Origin: Planctomycetaceae bacterium
GTDB taxonomy: Bacteria > Planctomycetota > Planctomycetia > Pirellulales > Pirellulaceae
Length of the DNA: 64,000 nt
Reading direction: 5' to 3'
Assembly (NCBI GenBank): GCA_016794985.1
Contig: JAEUIQ010000047.1
Span: 134,122 to 198,121, forward strand
The position numbers and the translations under genes were made by a program. Of this stretch, positions 1-10,369 are shown piece by piece. Every line of letters begins with the position of its first letter. Positions within the stretch are counted from its first letter, which is position 1. Below the pieces are notes generated by a model that was given only the letters and a program-made list of their open reading frames with translations, searched no databases and was not told where the DNA came from.

Positions 1-515
1 ACGTCACCGTCCGTGGACTGCATGCCAACAGCTTGCAAGGCGATGTGGGTTTTGTTCGATGCCTGCAAATGATGGGCTGTCGTGTGGAGTATTTGCCGGA
101 CGCGATTCGCGTGATTGGCGGTCCGCTGTGTGGCATCGAAGTTGACATGAACCGAATCAGCGACACGGTTCAAACCTTGGCCGCCGTGGCGTTGTTTGCC
201 AGCGGACCAACGGTCGTACGCGGGGTAGCTCACAATCGCGTGAAAGAAACGGACCGAATTGATGATTTGGCAACAGAACTGCGTCGCTTGGGGGCCAGCG
301 TCGAGACATTCTCGGATGGCTTGGCCATTACCCCCGGGCCCCTCCGTCCGGCGATCGTCCAAACGTACAACGATCATCGGATGGCGATGAGTCTGGCCTT
401 GGTCGGTTTGCGTCAGGAAGGCATCCACATCGCCAACCCAAGTTGTACGGCCAAGACCTATCCGAACTACTTCCAGGACCTATTTTCCGCGTGCCGCCAC
501 GCAAGTTTAGGTTAA
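1..515 (+). CDS. aroA: 3-phosphoshikimate 1-carboxyvinyltransferase (EPSP synthase), C-terminal part; 5' end lies outside the window
   Basis: Translation (frame of ORF 33..515) shows C-terminal EPSP synthase motifs (…LGASV…[13 protein letters not shown]…[10 protein letters not shown]). The reading frame is open back to the window edge. Confidence 0.8.
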   Translation, partial: VTVRGLHANSLQGDVGFVRCLQMMGCRVEYLPDAIRVIGGPLCGIEVDMNRISDTVQTLAAVALFASGPTVVRGVAHNRVKETDRIDDLATELRRLGASVETFSDGLAITPGPLRPAIVQTYNDHRMAMSLALVGLRQEGIHIANPSCTAKTYPNYFQDLFSACRHASLG

Positions 516-862
516 GCTCCATTGCCGCTATGACTGCCAGACGCGAAGGGCAAAACGAAAGGTCGAACTAGCACCGTCAGCTCGAAGCGGCACCTCTGGG
601 CCGTAGGGATTTTAGGGATCAGAAAAGGTGTCGTCTTGTCAAACTATTTCGGTCGTGTCGATTGGACGGGAAGCCAGCCTCCGATTTTTGAAGATTTGAC
701 GAGTTTTGCTCATGAAAATCTTGTAGACGAAATTCGAACCGGATACCATTCAAATCGTGTTGGCAAACGGTGATTGCTGCGGCGAGGAACCGTACCAAAG
801 GTGTTTTTCCAGGACGAGCCATGCGGTTTTGGCTCTAGTTTTGAATTGCGGTTTGATTTGCA

Positions 863-1423
863 ATGGATAATGCTGATCGATTGACGGACGAAGTGGAATG
901 CCTGCTGCAAAATGCCAGGCTTCGCTCGGAATTGGAGCCGTTTTTGGACGAAGCAGTTCTTGTTGTCGACACCCATCAAATGCCAACCCCCGCCGAAAAT
1001 CAGTTCCTGGAGTCCTTGCTGGCGTGGGAGTCCGCTCCCATCCTCCCAATCGCGAACTGGTTCGAACCCGCATTATCATTACAACCCGCAGGGCAGTTGG
1101 ACGATCTTGAACTTCACCTCCGCCTCCACGAAGTGATCCAGCAACTGTTCGAGAAACAAATTGTCCTCGAGTTTACGGACCATCTTTCGGATCGTGAATT
1201 GTACCAACTGATTTCCCGCGATATCTTGCCAAGTCGCGAGAAGAAGGTGAACCTACCCGACAATCGGCTGGTTTGGCATTGCGTTGATGAAGCCAATGAT
1301 CCTGAGTTGTGGCTCAAACATTATGCCACCGAGGAAGAGCGAGACATGTGGCTAGAATTCAATCCAGACGCCACACTGCCGCAATCTTGCCCGCCCCCGT
1401 ACCCTCGTCGTCTCCCGCGCTGA
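863..1423 (+). CDS. hypothetical protein (acidic, no recognisable domain)
   Basis: 186-aa ORF with no antisense competitor of comparable size. No motifs recognised. Confidence 0.4.
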   Translation: MDNADRLTDEVECLLQNARLRSELEPFLDEAVLVVDTHQMPTPAENQFLESLLAWESAPILPIANWFEPALSLQPAGQLDDLELHLRLHEVIQQLFEKQIVLEFTDHLSDRELYQLISRDILPSREKKVNLPDNRLVWHCVDEANDPELWLKHYATEEERDMWLEFNPDATLPQSCPPPYPRRLPR

Positions 1424-1771
1424 TTGGTTACCGCCGGATAATTTGCTGCCGTCCGCTCGTAGCGTGAGCATTTACCAGGTGCCGAATGGCATGCATGTCG
1501 AGCGAGTTTATTGACCTTGGGCCGTTGGTCGATCCGTAAATTTAGCAAACATACACCTTGCGTCGCTGGCCGATCCTTAAACTGGCCGACCCTTAAAACG
1601 AAGACATTTTTATCGTTGCGGCCCGTGCCATGTGCATCCTCCCTTACTTCGGTCAACAGAATTGGGTTGGATTGTCAGTGGCACGTGGAGTTCGCAGAAA
1701 ATCGAAGCGCGGCCAATCACTTCTATAAACGAGTACCGCTAAGTCCAGACAGATACGAGTGAACAGATACT

Positions 1772-2275
1772 CTACTTCTTCCCTTGGGCTCGCTTTTCTT
1801 GAAAAAAAGCGGTGAGAATTTGTCCACACTCTTCAGCCATTAGGCCTTCAATAACCTGACAGCGATGGTTGAGTCGTGAATCATTCAATAAGTGGTACAA
1901 CGAAGCAACGGCCCCCGCCTTGGGGTCATAGGCACCAAAAACAACGGTATCAAGACGAGCTTGCAAGATGGCGCCAGCGCACATTGGACAGGGCTCCAAC
2001 GTCACGTACAACGTGCAACCACTCAACCGCCAATCTTCGAGCGCCGCCGCCGCTTGCGTGATGGCCAAGATTTCCGCGTGTGCCGTTGGATCGTTCAACT
2101 GAACTTTTTGGTTATATGCCGCCGCGATGATTCTTTGTTGGGGACCAACAATGATTGCTCCCACAGGCACTTCATCCGCTTCATAGGCTAAGATCGCTTG
2201 CTGGATGGCTCGTCGCATGAACAACGGATGATCGACATCCTCGGGAGTTGATTCCATGATCAAGTCAAAACTCAC
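1772..2275 (-). CDS. tadA: tRNA-specific adenosine deaminase (CMP/dCMP-deaminase zinc-binding fold)
   Basis: HAEILAI … PCPMCAGAI zinc-binding deaminase signature. Size is ~167 aa, typical of TadA. Confidence 0.85.
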   Translation of the reverse strand: MSFDLIMESTPEDVDHPLFMRRAIQQAILAYEADEVPVGAIIVGPQQRIIAAAYNQKVQLNDPTAHAEILAITQAAAALEDWRLSGCTLYVTLEPCPMCAGAILQARLDTVVFGAYDPKAGAVASLYHLLNDSRLNHRCQVIEGLMAEECGQILTAFFQEKRAQGKK

Positions 2276-4842
2276 TTCCCGGGAATAACCAATTGGATCT
2301 TTTCGTAAGCCGCCGTGGTTTGGAAACAGAACAACCCTAACGGCTTCGAAAGATCCACATCTTGGCGAATCGAAAACTTATGGCCCGCCCGCGGTTGGTC
2401 GACGACTTGCTGTTCATCAATCCAGCATTGGATCTGTTCGCTCGAAACCTTGACACGGATGTCGTACCACTGATTCAACTCGAACTTATGCACGGTTCTG
2501 GTTGGGTTTCGTGCTGCATCCTTTTCATCAACGCTGGATAAACCCACGGTCATGCCACCCCAGCCACCGACAATAAACGAACAATAGTCTTCACCCACCG
2601 GAAAGGTTACCCCGCAGAACATATCGTTCCCATCAATCCGCTTGGCGCGAATTCGTAACTCATAATTGTCTCGGGGCATGTCTTGTATCCCGAGCGATTC
2701 GTTTCCGGCGTAAGAGATTCCGGTTAGCACTTGTCCCATTTCAAGAACGAGTGACTGATCCTCGATCAAAGCCTCTCCTTCGCCGCCGAACTTGGTCGGC
2801 TTCCAACCGGTAATGGTTTTCCCGTCAAACAGGTCGACGACTCGCTCCGGTTCGGTTGGCTTGACGGGGGTTGGCTCTTGCAAAGTGACTTCCGAAAATC
2901 CGATGGCTTTAATATCTGCGTGGTTGGCGACGGCACGAACCAAGAACCGGTTCGGCAGCGGTCCAATACTAGCCATCGGCAACACAAATCGACCACCGGC
3001 CGCAGAGACGACCGTCCGATGAAAGATCCGGTCGTTGGCTTGGGCGTAGTCGGCCGCCATCTGCTGAGAAAACGACTCGGATGATTCGTATTTTCGGCGA
3101 GCCTTTGGCTGAAAGGCTAATTGATCAAGTGGATAAGCCACTTCAACCTCGATGGCAAATGGCCCGCCCTTGCTGTTGGGCACATGACCCACCAGGTCCA
3201 ACTGCCCGTTCGAAACATCCGCAATCATTTCGATGGTTTCGAACTTTGGAAACCTCAATAGCGGATCACCAAAATACGTCATCATGTCCGCATGCTCCAG
3301 AATCTCTTGTTCCAAGATGTCTCTGGTCGGACTCAACCACCACGCGAGTTGATGCAGCACCTCACGATAGTCGATCTTTCGCGGTTCCTCATCGTCGAGA
3401 AATCCCCGCAGCCCAGCCTGGGAAGTGCTCAATCCAGCCTCCGGCACCGCGGCAGATCCCGATGCTGTTTCCAAACTGGCGTTGGCTGCGCGTCGAGCGT
3501 TTCGACGCTGGTGAGCGGCCAACACCATTCTTCGCTTCGCTTGCTGAAACCATGTGCCGACTTCCGCACACGACTCTTCGCCGTGCAGGGTCAATAACTC
3601 GAGTCCAAAATTCGCTAAACCGTAGGGGGCCGTCACTCCGGTGCCAGCCACAACCGAGACCGGTCCATTGGGGGCTCGCAACATCGTCTCGGCCAGACAA
3701 TCTTGCCGCATGTCGAATTGCCCCGTCGAGCAGGCCAACAACAATGCGATTGGTGAAGTGGCACTCGAAATTTGCTCCGAGTTGCCCGTCGTGATGGTGG
3801 GAACCACGCGATCTGGGAAATGAGCCGAATCCAAACAATTCCACGACCCATGCCCAATGTAGACCCAAAACAATGCCCCACGATTCAAACTTTCAAACAC
3901 CTTATCGCAATACTGGTCCGGCCCCGGACAATAAATACTCCGCCAACTCGCGTGGGTCATGCCGACCGTGAACTTCTTCGGTATCAATTCCGACAACATT
4001 CGTGTCGCCGTGGTCTCAATGACCTTATCTTCTAAAGCGCCAAAACCGCCGACCCCCGCCACGAACTCGATCCGTCGTTTTGCGAACTCGACATCCGGGT
4101 CAGTCTCGAAACGAATCGTTTTGTCGATCAAGATTTGTAGTTGTTCAGTATTCTGGACGGACCAGCGTCCAATAGCTAACTCCGGCGCTCCATCATCATC
4201 CAGGTCGGCGTACCAATGGTCACTGGGCACGCGGTCGCGTCCCCCAAATCGTTTGCTGACTTCCGAGGCCACGTAAGACGTGGGCAATCCGGATGCATCC
4301 ATGTTCAACAACGTTGGCACGTCACCAACCAACAACACAAACCGCAGACCCGTTGACCGCATTTGCTGCAACAGATCTTTGAGTTGCTGTGGGGCTTGAG
4401 GCGGTTCGACCAACCCGATTCGATAGCCTTGCTTGTTTCGATACTGCAACCAAGGTTCCAACGTTGCTTGCCAGGCCGGCGGACAAACCACTAAAGTGTC
4501 GTATGTCACTTTACTCGATTCGAGACTTTCCACTGACCAAGAGGCGGCCTCCATTGCGGACGTATCCATGGCATCCATTGCCGGTTGGTCACCTTGTTTA
4601 GCCAAATCCAACGGCAACTTTCCACGGATCTGTTCGGCTTCCGACAAGACAGCCACCGGCGGAACCGTGGAACCATTCCAAACAGGAATGTTCTGCTCGG
4701 GCATCGGTGGCGGTCCCAAATAGGGCACCACCACCAAAGGTCCCGCGGGCAGCCATCGCCACGTGATCCAGCCGGCCGCGACAACGAGAATCGCCAAGCA
4801 AACCCACAACCGCTTCCGAGTAAGGATGCGCGCGAATGACAT
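2272..4842 (-). CDS. membrane-anchored multidomain protein: N-terminal TM helix, central gingipain/C25-like cysteine-peptidase-like region, C-terminal beta-sandwich (DUF1080/LamG-like) domain
   Basis: N-terminus [18 protein letters not shown] is a TM/signal anchor. The central region contains the H…GHGSWNCLD arrangement reminiscent of the C25 His/Cys dyad. The C-terminus (GWKP…GEGEALIED…WYDIRVKV…) resembles a concanavalin-like jelly roll. 856 aa. A 4-nt overlap with tadA suggests an operon. Confidence 0.55.
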   Translation of the reverse strand: MSFARILTRKRLWVCLAILVVAAGWITWRWLPAGPLVVVPYLGPPPMPEQNIPVWNGSTVPPVAVLSEAEQIRGKLPLDLAKQGDQPAMDAMDTSAMEAASWSVESLESSKVTYDTLVVCPPAWQATLEPWLQYRNKQGYRIGLVEPPQAPQQLKDLLQQMRSTGLRFVLLVGDVPTLLNMDASGLPTSYVASEVSKRFGGRDRVPSDHWYADLDDDGAPELAIGRWSVQNTEQLQILIDKTIRFETDPDVEFAKRRIEFVAGVGGFGALEDKVIETTATRMLSELIPKKFTVGMTHASWRSIYCPGPDQYCDKVFESLNRGALFWVYIGHGSWNCLDSAHFPDRVVPTITTGNSEQISSATSPIALLLACSTGQFDMRQDCLAETMLRAPNGPVSVVAGTGVTAPYGLANFGLELLTLHGEESCAEVGTWFQQAKRRMVLAAHQRRNARRAANASLETASGSAAVPEAGLSTSQAGLRGFLDDEEPRKIDYREVLHQLAWWLSPTRDILEQEILEHADMMTYFGDPLLRFPKFETIEMIADVSNGQLDLVGHVPNSKGGPFAIEVEVAYPLDQLAFQPKARRKYESSESFSQQMAADYAQANDRIFHRTVVSAAGGRFVLPMASIGPLPNRFLVRAVANHADIKAIGFSEVTLQEPTPVKPTEPERVVDLFDGKTITGWKPTKFGGEGEALIEDQSLVLEMGQVLTGISYAGNESLGIQDMPRDNYELRIRAKRIDGNDMFCGVTFPVGEDYCSFIVGGWGGMTVGLSSVDEKDAARNPTRTVHKFELNQWYDIRVKVSSEQIQCWIDEQQVVDQPRAGHKFSIRQDVDLSKPLGLFCFQTTAAYEKIQLVIPGK

Positions 4843-4947
4843 TTTGATCGGCTCCAGGATATAGGCAGTTCTTGTCAGTTGCTACTGTCGATCGCGGTTC
4901 ATTTCTGATCCAAAACGCGAATGGCTCCCCACCCCAGTTTTGAACAG

Positions 4948-5670
4948 CTATCGTTTTCGAAAGATCAGACCGTAATTGTCCTTCAGGAAATCAACCTCTT
5001 CCACCAATTCAAACCCCGCCTGCTCAATTTCCGCCCGAAAGACGCTTTTTCCAGCCCGAACGTGGTTCAAAACCCACTCGCTGCTGCTGCCCTCTTCGCG
5101 TTCGAAATCCACGACCATCATGCGTCCGCCATCGCGCAACGCCGTATGGATCGACGCCAACGTCGCATAGGGGAATTCGAAATGATGGTAAGTGTCGCAC
5201 ACAAAAACCAAGTCCACTGAATTTGGCGGCAAGGTACTGCTGCGCGGATCGCAGATCACGCCAATGATATTGTCGAAACCTTGTTGCCTACCATCTCGAA
5301 TAAGTTGGTATACAAACTGCGGTGCAATGTCGACCGCATACACTCGACCTTCACCTCCAACTTGCCGTGCAAACAACCGAGTGAAAAGCCCGGTCCCAGC
5401 CCCAACGTCGGCCACCACCATTCCCGGCTTGATCCCGCTGGCCTCGACAATCACATGGCGTTGATCAAAAACTTCACGACCTTCCTTCTCGAATCTCTCG
5501 ACATATTTGGACGGATCCCCGGTCATGAAGTCGTCATTAATTCCCGGTCGCACACTCTCGTCCTGGGCTCGAACTATCCCCGTGCATATCAAGAAGATTC
5601 CGAAAGAAACTGTCCAGGTCAACCATCTCGATCGACTTCGAACAAAGTGGCGCATTTTCACGTGGTTCAA
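4948..5670 (-). CDS. class I SAM-dependent methyltransferase with N-terminal signal peptide/TM
   Basis: VADVGAGTGLFT (motif I, GxGxG) and downstream acidic motif II. N-terminal hydrophobic segment WLTWTVSFGIFLICTGIV. Confidence 0.75.
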   Translation of the reverse strand: MNHVKMRHFVRSRSRWLTWTVSFGIFLICTGIVRAQDESVRPGINDDFMTGDPSKYVERFEKEGREVFDQRHVIVEASGIKPGMVVADVGAGTGLFTRLFARQVGGEGRVYAVDIAPQFVYQLIRDGRQQGFDNIIGVICDPRSSTLPPNSVDLVFVCDTYHHFEFPYATLASIHTALRDGGRMMVVDFEREEGSSSEWVLNHVRAGKSVFRAEIEQAGFELVEEVDFLKDNYGLIFRKR

Positions 5671-6644
5671 CTCCTATTAGCCAAGATTTCTCGCCCGCCC
5701 ATACTCAACAACTGCCTCGCCAGTTCGCGCCCCAACTCCGACGCCGCGCCAACATGCCCACCTATTTGCCAATCCAAGCGTTGCTGCCCGGACTCGCTGA
5801 GAATCGCGCCCTGCAAATAAAGTTGCTCACCGCGGATCACGGCGTGAGCCGCGACCGGAGCCGTACAACCCGCACGAGTTTCATTCAAAAACGCGCGTTC
5901 CGCCTGCACGCACTTCAAAGTCACCACGTCATTCAACGTGCGGACCGCGTCCCTCGTGACAATGTCTTCGCAACGCACCTCCAACCCCAGCGCTCCCTGC
6001 CCTACTGCTGACAACATCGTGTCCAGGTCCAATGCCTGTGTAATTCTCTGCTCCAACCCCAAACGGCGAAGCCCCGCGCACGCTAATACAATCGCATCGT
6101 AGTGCCCTTCATCCAGTTTACGCAGCCGAGTGTCCACGTTGCCGCGCAAGTCGACGACCTCCAGGTCCGGCCGCAACCACCGCAGTTGAGCGGCGCGACG
6201 CAAACTTCCCGTTCCAACTTTGGCATGTTGCGGCAAATCACTCCAAGTGACATAGCTGTTCGACACAAAAGCATCTCGGACGTCCTCACGCTCCGGAACG
6301 GCGGCCAACTCCAATCCGGTCACCGGTTCGGTCGGTAAGTCCTTTAGACTATGCACCGCCAAATCAATCTCCCGATTCTGCAAGCCTATCTGCAGCCTTT
6401 TCGTGAACAGGCCTTCTCCGCCAAGCTGTCGCAGGGGCCCGGTCGCCACGTCGCCTTCGGTCGTCAATGGCACGAGTTCGACCTCGAATCCACGTGATCG
6501 AAGTTGATCCGCAACCCAGGTGGATTGCCACAGAGCTAGCTGACTGTTGCGAGTTCCCAATCGAATCATGAAATACTTTTGACTTCCCACGGACTCTGTC
6601 AAGAATGACCACGCCCCGCACTCGCCCATGCTCATTTTCGGCAA
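5667..6644 (-). CDS. hemC: hydroxymethylbilane synthase (porphobilinogen deaminase)
   Basis: IRLGTRNSQLALWQS…VELVPLTTEGD…LKDLP… matches the HemC N-terminal signature. The dipyrromethane cofactor Cys is in the C-terminal domain. Confidence 0.9.
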   Translation of the reverse strand: MPKMSMGECGAWSFLTESVGSQKYFMIRLGTRNSQLALWQSTWVADQLRSRGFEVELVPLTTEGDVATGPLRQLGGEGLFTKRLQIGLQNREIDLAVHSLKDLPTEPVTGLELAAVPEREDVRDAFVSNSYVTWSDLPQHAKVGTGSLRRAAQLRWLRPDLEVVDLRGNVDTRLRKLDEGHYDAIVLACAGLRRLGLEQRITQALDLDTMLSAVGQGALGLEVRCEDIVTRDAVRTLNDVVTLKCVQAERAFLNETRAGCTAPVAAHAVIRGEQLYLQGAILSESGQQRLDWQIGGHVGAASELGRELARQLLSMGGREILANRS

Positions 6645-6754
6645 ACGAGCTCGCTTTGGCCAACTTTACCGAAAACTCCGATTGTTTAGCCCAGGCAATT
6701 CAGGAAAAGTTTAACGATTATCTGTGGCGTTGCCGATAGGGAAGCATGGGGAGG

Positions 6755-6930
6755 CGCAAGGTCGCTGACCGCTCCGTCGGTCAGATTCCTTCGCTGGCAA
6801 ACGCGAATCAAGACATCGCGCAGGGTCGCTGACCGCTCCGTCGGTCAGATTCCTTCGCTAGCAAACGTGAATCAAGACATCGCGCAGGGTCGCTGACCGC
6901 TCCGTCGGTCAGATTCCTCGGCTGTCAGAC
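6755..6930. repeat. tandem ~64-bp repeat (2.7 copies) with palindromic core ctgaccgCTCcggtcag, lying in the divergent hemC/lipoprotein intergenic region
   Basis: Direct reading: gcgcagggtcgctgaccgctccgtcggtcagattccttcgctggcaaacgcgaatcaagacatc repeated at 6755, 6819 and 6883 (third copy partial/diverged). The core is a perfect 7-bp inverted repeat. Confidence 0.9.
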
Positions 6931-6963
6931 GCTACGGTTCGACTTGTATTTAGGACTTTTGAC

Positions 6964-8031
6964 ATGAACAATCGAATCGCGATACCGTTCTGGGCATGTT
7001 CATTGCTCATCGCGATCGCGTCTTGTCAGACAGGTTGTACTCTGTTCCCACAGCGATTGGATCGTCCGCAGATTCACAATCCGTTCCCACAGCTTCGCAA
7101 AGTCGCCGTCGTCCCGTTCTTTAACCAAAGCGATTTCCCTCAGATCAATGGCGCCAAGGTCGCCGCTAGCTATCGGCACCAACTGCAACAGGTCCGCGGA
7201 TTTGAGGTCGTCCCTGTAGGAGTCGTGGACCAATACTTAAGCCAAAACCCGATCCCGATCGACCAGATCCCCGACTTCCAGAAATTGGCTAGAGACCTTG
7301 GTGTGGATGCCGTCGTCGTCGGCTCGATCACCGACTTCGATCCGTACTATCCGCCGAAGATGGGACTCGCGGTGCGTTGGTATGCAGCGAACACCGGGTT
7401 CCACCCAATCCCGCCTGGTTATGGTCTGCCTTGGGGGACCGCAGAAGAAGAGTACATTCCGGACGAATTGCGATTTGAGGCCGAATTCGCGTTGGCGACC
7501 GAGCAACTCAAGACCCAAACCCCGGTCGTGACAAATCCCGTCCCCGCCGATACCGAAACCCAAACCGTCGAACCCGCCTCGGCGACTTCCGAAATCGGAC
7601 CGTCAACATCGAAAGTCGGTGCAGCACCCCCAGTAGCGTCGGCCGCCGCTCCGAAGCTCGGAGACAACCTGGCCGGCTACTCGCTACCACCCGAGGGCAC
7701 AACGCTGCCAGTTGATTGGCCAGATCCCAATGGATTTGTTCCTGACCCACCTGCACCAACTCGACCAGTCGCGCAAATCCAACGGGGCCCAGTGATGGAG
7801 CTGATCAAACAATACGACGGCAGCGACTCGGACTTCACCGCTCGCTTGGAAAGCTATTACGCTTTCCGCGATGACGCTCGCTTCGGCGGTTGGCAATCGT
7901 ACCTGCAGCGAACCGACGACTTTATCTCCTTCTGTTGCTACCTGCACATCTCGGAATTGTTGACGGCGCGCGGCGGGGCTGGATACGCACGCCCTGTTTG
8001 GCGTTGGCCTTTGGCAGCCGATCATCCGTAA
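6964..8031 (+). CDS. putative lipoprotein (signal peptide + lipobox …AIASCQTGC), Pro-rich middle region
   Basis: The N-terminus FWACSLLIAIASC fits a type II signal peptide. No enzymatic motifs recognised. 355 aa. Confidence 0.55.
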   Translation: MNNRIAIPFWACSLLIAIASCQTGCTLFPQRLDRPQIHNPFPQLRKVAVVPFFNQSDFPQINGAKVAASYRHQLQQVRGFEVVPVGVVDQYLSQNPIPIDQIPDFQKLARDLGVDAVVVGSITDFDPYYPPKMGLAVRWYAANTGFHPIPPGYGLPWGTAEEEYIPDELRFEAEFALATEQLKTQTPVVTNPVPADTETQTVEPASATSEIGPSTSKVGAAPPVASAAAPKLGDNLAGYSLPPEGTTLPVDWPDPNGFVPDPPAPTRPVAQIQRGPVMELIKQYDGSDSDFTARLESYYAFRDDARFGGWQSYLQRTDDFISFCCYLHISELLTARGGAGYARPVWRWPLAADHP

Positions 8032-8473
8032 TGCTAGGCGACAACGCCAGCAAACCACTATCACAAATATTCGTTACAGATCTCCTCGTCACCAACTCGA
8101 TTGAACTCAACTTCACAAATCAACCGAAGATGAAACTCGGAGCAACCTATGTTGTTCCAGATGATAGCGGACCTCTTCAGAAAGCTAGAACGTGCCCAAC
8201 GAATTGCCAAATGACCTGAAAGTATCGCGAGACGTCAACGTCTTGGCTTTGGTCAAAGGAGAGGAACGTTTTATTTTTTTGTACACGGACAGCAACAAGT
8301 CCGAGACCCTTCGAACGCTGGGGCGGTTTGCTTCCGATCCTGAAATCAACTTCTCGTGGTACGACGCGGCGGTCCTCAGCCAACGTCTACGTCAGAATCA
8401 AACCACGGAAGTCTCGCGCACCGAACCTGCCCTGCCGGAATCAGGGTGGGCCTGGGACGAGTAACGCGAACGG

Positions 8474-9439
8474 TTGCGACCGCCGGAACGATTATTCCAA
8501 ACAAAGTTCTGCGAGTTGACCGGGCTCATGCAAGACACCATCCAGCGATATCTGCGATACCTTAAAGTCGAACGCAACGCTTCAGATTATACGATCAAGT
8601 CGTACCGCGAAGACTTGCTGAGCTTATCCGATTATTTGACCGAAGCACTAGGCACTTCCCCGCATCCGGCCCGCATCGATCCGCAGATCCTGCGAAACTA
8701 CGTGGCCGCAATGCACGAGGCTCAATATGCCCGAACCAGTATCGCGCGGCGTCTTGCGTCGATGCGGGGGCTGTTCAAGTTTGCTCAACGCGAAGGCTTG
8801 GTCGAGCAGAATCCAGCCAAACCACTCCGTAATCCTCGCCCCCATCGTAAACTGCCCCACTTCTTGACGACCGACGAGATCCAGACACTGCTGGCAGCAC
8901 CCGCACAAGGCACGGTCATGGGCCTGCGTGATCGAGCGATCTTCGAGACGATGTACTCGGGTGGACTTCGCGTCAGCGAATTGGTGGGGATCAATGACAA
9001 CGATTTGGATTTGGAGGATGGACTGGTTCGCGTGAAAGGTAAAGGCAAACGCGAACGGTTGGCCCCGCTGGGCAAGTTTGCTGTGGAAGCTCTCGAAGAT
9101 TGGAAAGCAAAACGAGTGCTCGCACGTGGCAAACAGCCGACACCGACCACTCCGGTCTTCACAAACAAGTTTGGCAATCGCCTCACAACTCGCAGCGTCG
9201 CCAGGATGCTTGAAAAATACCTTTTGCAGACGGGGCTCAATCTGAAGACTTCCCCGCATACCTTGCGCCACAGCTTCGCAACACATCTCTTGGATCGCGG
9301 TGCGGATATCCGCAGCGTCCAGGAACTCCTGGGACACAAGAGTTTAGTCACGACGCAGATTTACACGCATCTCAGCACCGCCGGCCTGCGTCAAGCCTAC
9401 GAGCAAGCCCACCCGCGCGCCAAAGCCAAGTCCGGCTAG
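8474..9439 (+). CDS. xerC: tyrosine recombinase XerC/XerD family (the true start is probably the internal Met near 8530)
   Basis: N-terminal core-binding motif (IQRYLRYLKVERNASDYTIKSYREDL). C-terminal catalytic box LRHSFATHLLDRGADIRSVQELLGHKSLVTTQIYTH (R…HxxR…Y). Confidence 0.9.
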   Translation: MRPPERLFQTKFCELTGLMQDTIQRYLRYLKVERNASDYTIKSYREDLLSLSDYLTEALGTSPHPARIDPQILRNYVAAMHEAQYARTSIARRLASMRGLFKFAQREGLVEQNPAKPLRNPRPHRKLPHFLTTDEIQTLLAAPAQGTVMGLRDRAIFETMYSGGLRVSELVGINDNDLDLEDGLVRVKGKGKRERLAPLGKFAVEALEDWKAKRVLARGKQPTPTTPVFTNKFGNRLTTRSVARMLEKYLLQTGLNLKTSPHTLRHSFATHLLDRGADIRSVQELLGHKSLVTTQIYTHLSTAGLRQAYEQAHPRAKAKSG

Positions 9440-9547
9440 TGACAACAACACGTCTCCGGTTGTCTTGGTCCACCGCCCCGAAGCGCGGAGCCCTTGGACA
9501 GCAGTTGCCAGCTGCAGCCCATCCTACCTCGTGGAGGATTTTTCCGT

Positions 9548-9700
9548 CCAAGACAGGCCTGAAGGGGCCGACACAACCCTAGCCGTTGCGAGTTTGCCAC
9601 CGTTTAGAGTCGGTCCAAATTCAAAAAAAAGCCCGCAGCGCCGACACAACGGTGTTGGGTTGGCTGGAAAAAATCCTTCCCGACGTCGCGCGCCCCAAGA
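9548..9700. repeat. degenerate copy of the dispersed REP-like element family (ggcctgaaggggccgacacaaccctagccg… module)
   Basis: Shares the 'gccgacacaacc(c)tagccg' and 'cgccgacacaacgg' modules with copies at 20171-20404 and 58466-58587. It lies between convergent genes. Confidence 0.4.
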
Positions 9701-9785
9701 CTCGGCCTTTCACCAAACATGCGTTCCGACGCATTCGAGCTTGATTGGAGGCGGACCTCGATGAGAGGTTCATTCAGAATGCGAA

Positions 9786-9842
<57 letters not shown>

Positions 9843-9964
9843 CTCTCACTCACGCAAACTCTCACACACTAACTCGCCCACCGCTCACTAACTAATCCGA
9901 GCAATCGTCTGCTAACGAACAACGCACTGCGTCGCTCTTCCTCCGCGAATTGCAGAGCGACAAT

Positions 9965-10369
9965 TTATCTGCGGCCCAAGCCCGTGAAGCTCAGCACCAG
10001 TGCGACGGTCCCGGCAGTGATGAGGCCCGCGCCCCAACCGATCGTCTCGGCCGGAGTTCGTAGCAACGTGATCCAATCGAATGGCTGGTCATGTGGAACA
10101 CCAGTGCACAGTCCGATGATGCCCCAAGTCAACAGGCCCACTCCCAACGACAAGAATACCATCGCCTTGGCCTGCGCGAAAATAGCAATCAATCCGGGCC
10201 GAAAGTACATGGTTGCCAGAATTGCTCCAATCAATACTCCCATGGCCAATGTGCCACCGAAGGCCAAAACACGTCCAGAATGTTCTGGGCTAAACTCGAT
10301 CATGATTTGTATTCCGATCTGTCGAGGAATTTGCTTATTGTTTGCGTCGAGACATCGCTCGGTTGACAA
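9965..10369 (-). CDS. small integral membrane protein (3-4 predicted TM helices), function unknown
   Basis: Hydrophobic stretches VLAFGGTLAMGVLIGAILATMYF, MVFLSLGVGLLTWGIIGLCTGV and GWGAGLITAGTVALVLSF. The start is uncertain because it overlaps the 3' end of gltP by 35 nt. Confidence 0.4.
   Translation of the reverse strand: MSTERCLDANNKQIPRQIGIQIMIEFSPEHSGRVLAFGGTLAMGVLIGAILATMYFRPGLIAIFAQAKAMVFLSLGVGLLTWGIIGLCTGVPHDQPFDWITLLRTPAETIGWGAGLITAGTVALVLSFTGLGRR

Noticed and set aside
3081-3868. Several 100-240-aa ORFs on both strands inside 2272-4842
   Set aside because: These are alternative-frame or antisense ORFs within the 856-aa gene with low-complexity Arg/Pro/Ser composition. The long frame has coherent domain signals.
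6755-6930. Possible CRISPR array
   Set aside because: The repeats are directly tandem with no unique spacers between them, and no cas genes are nearby.
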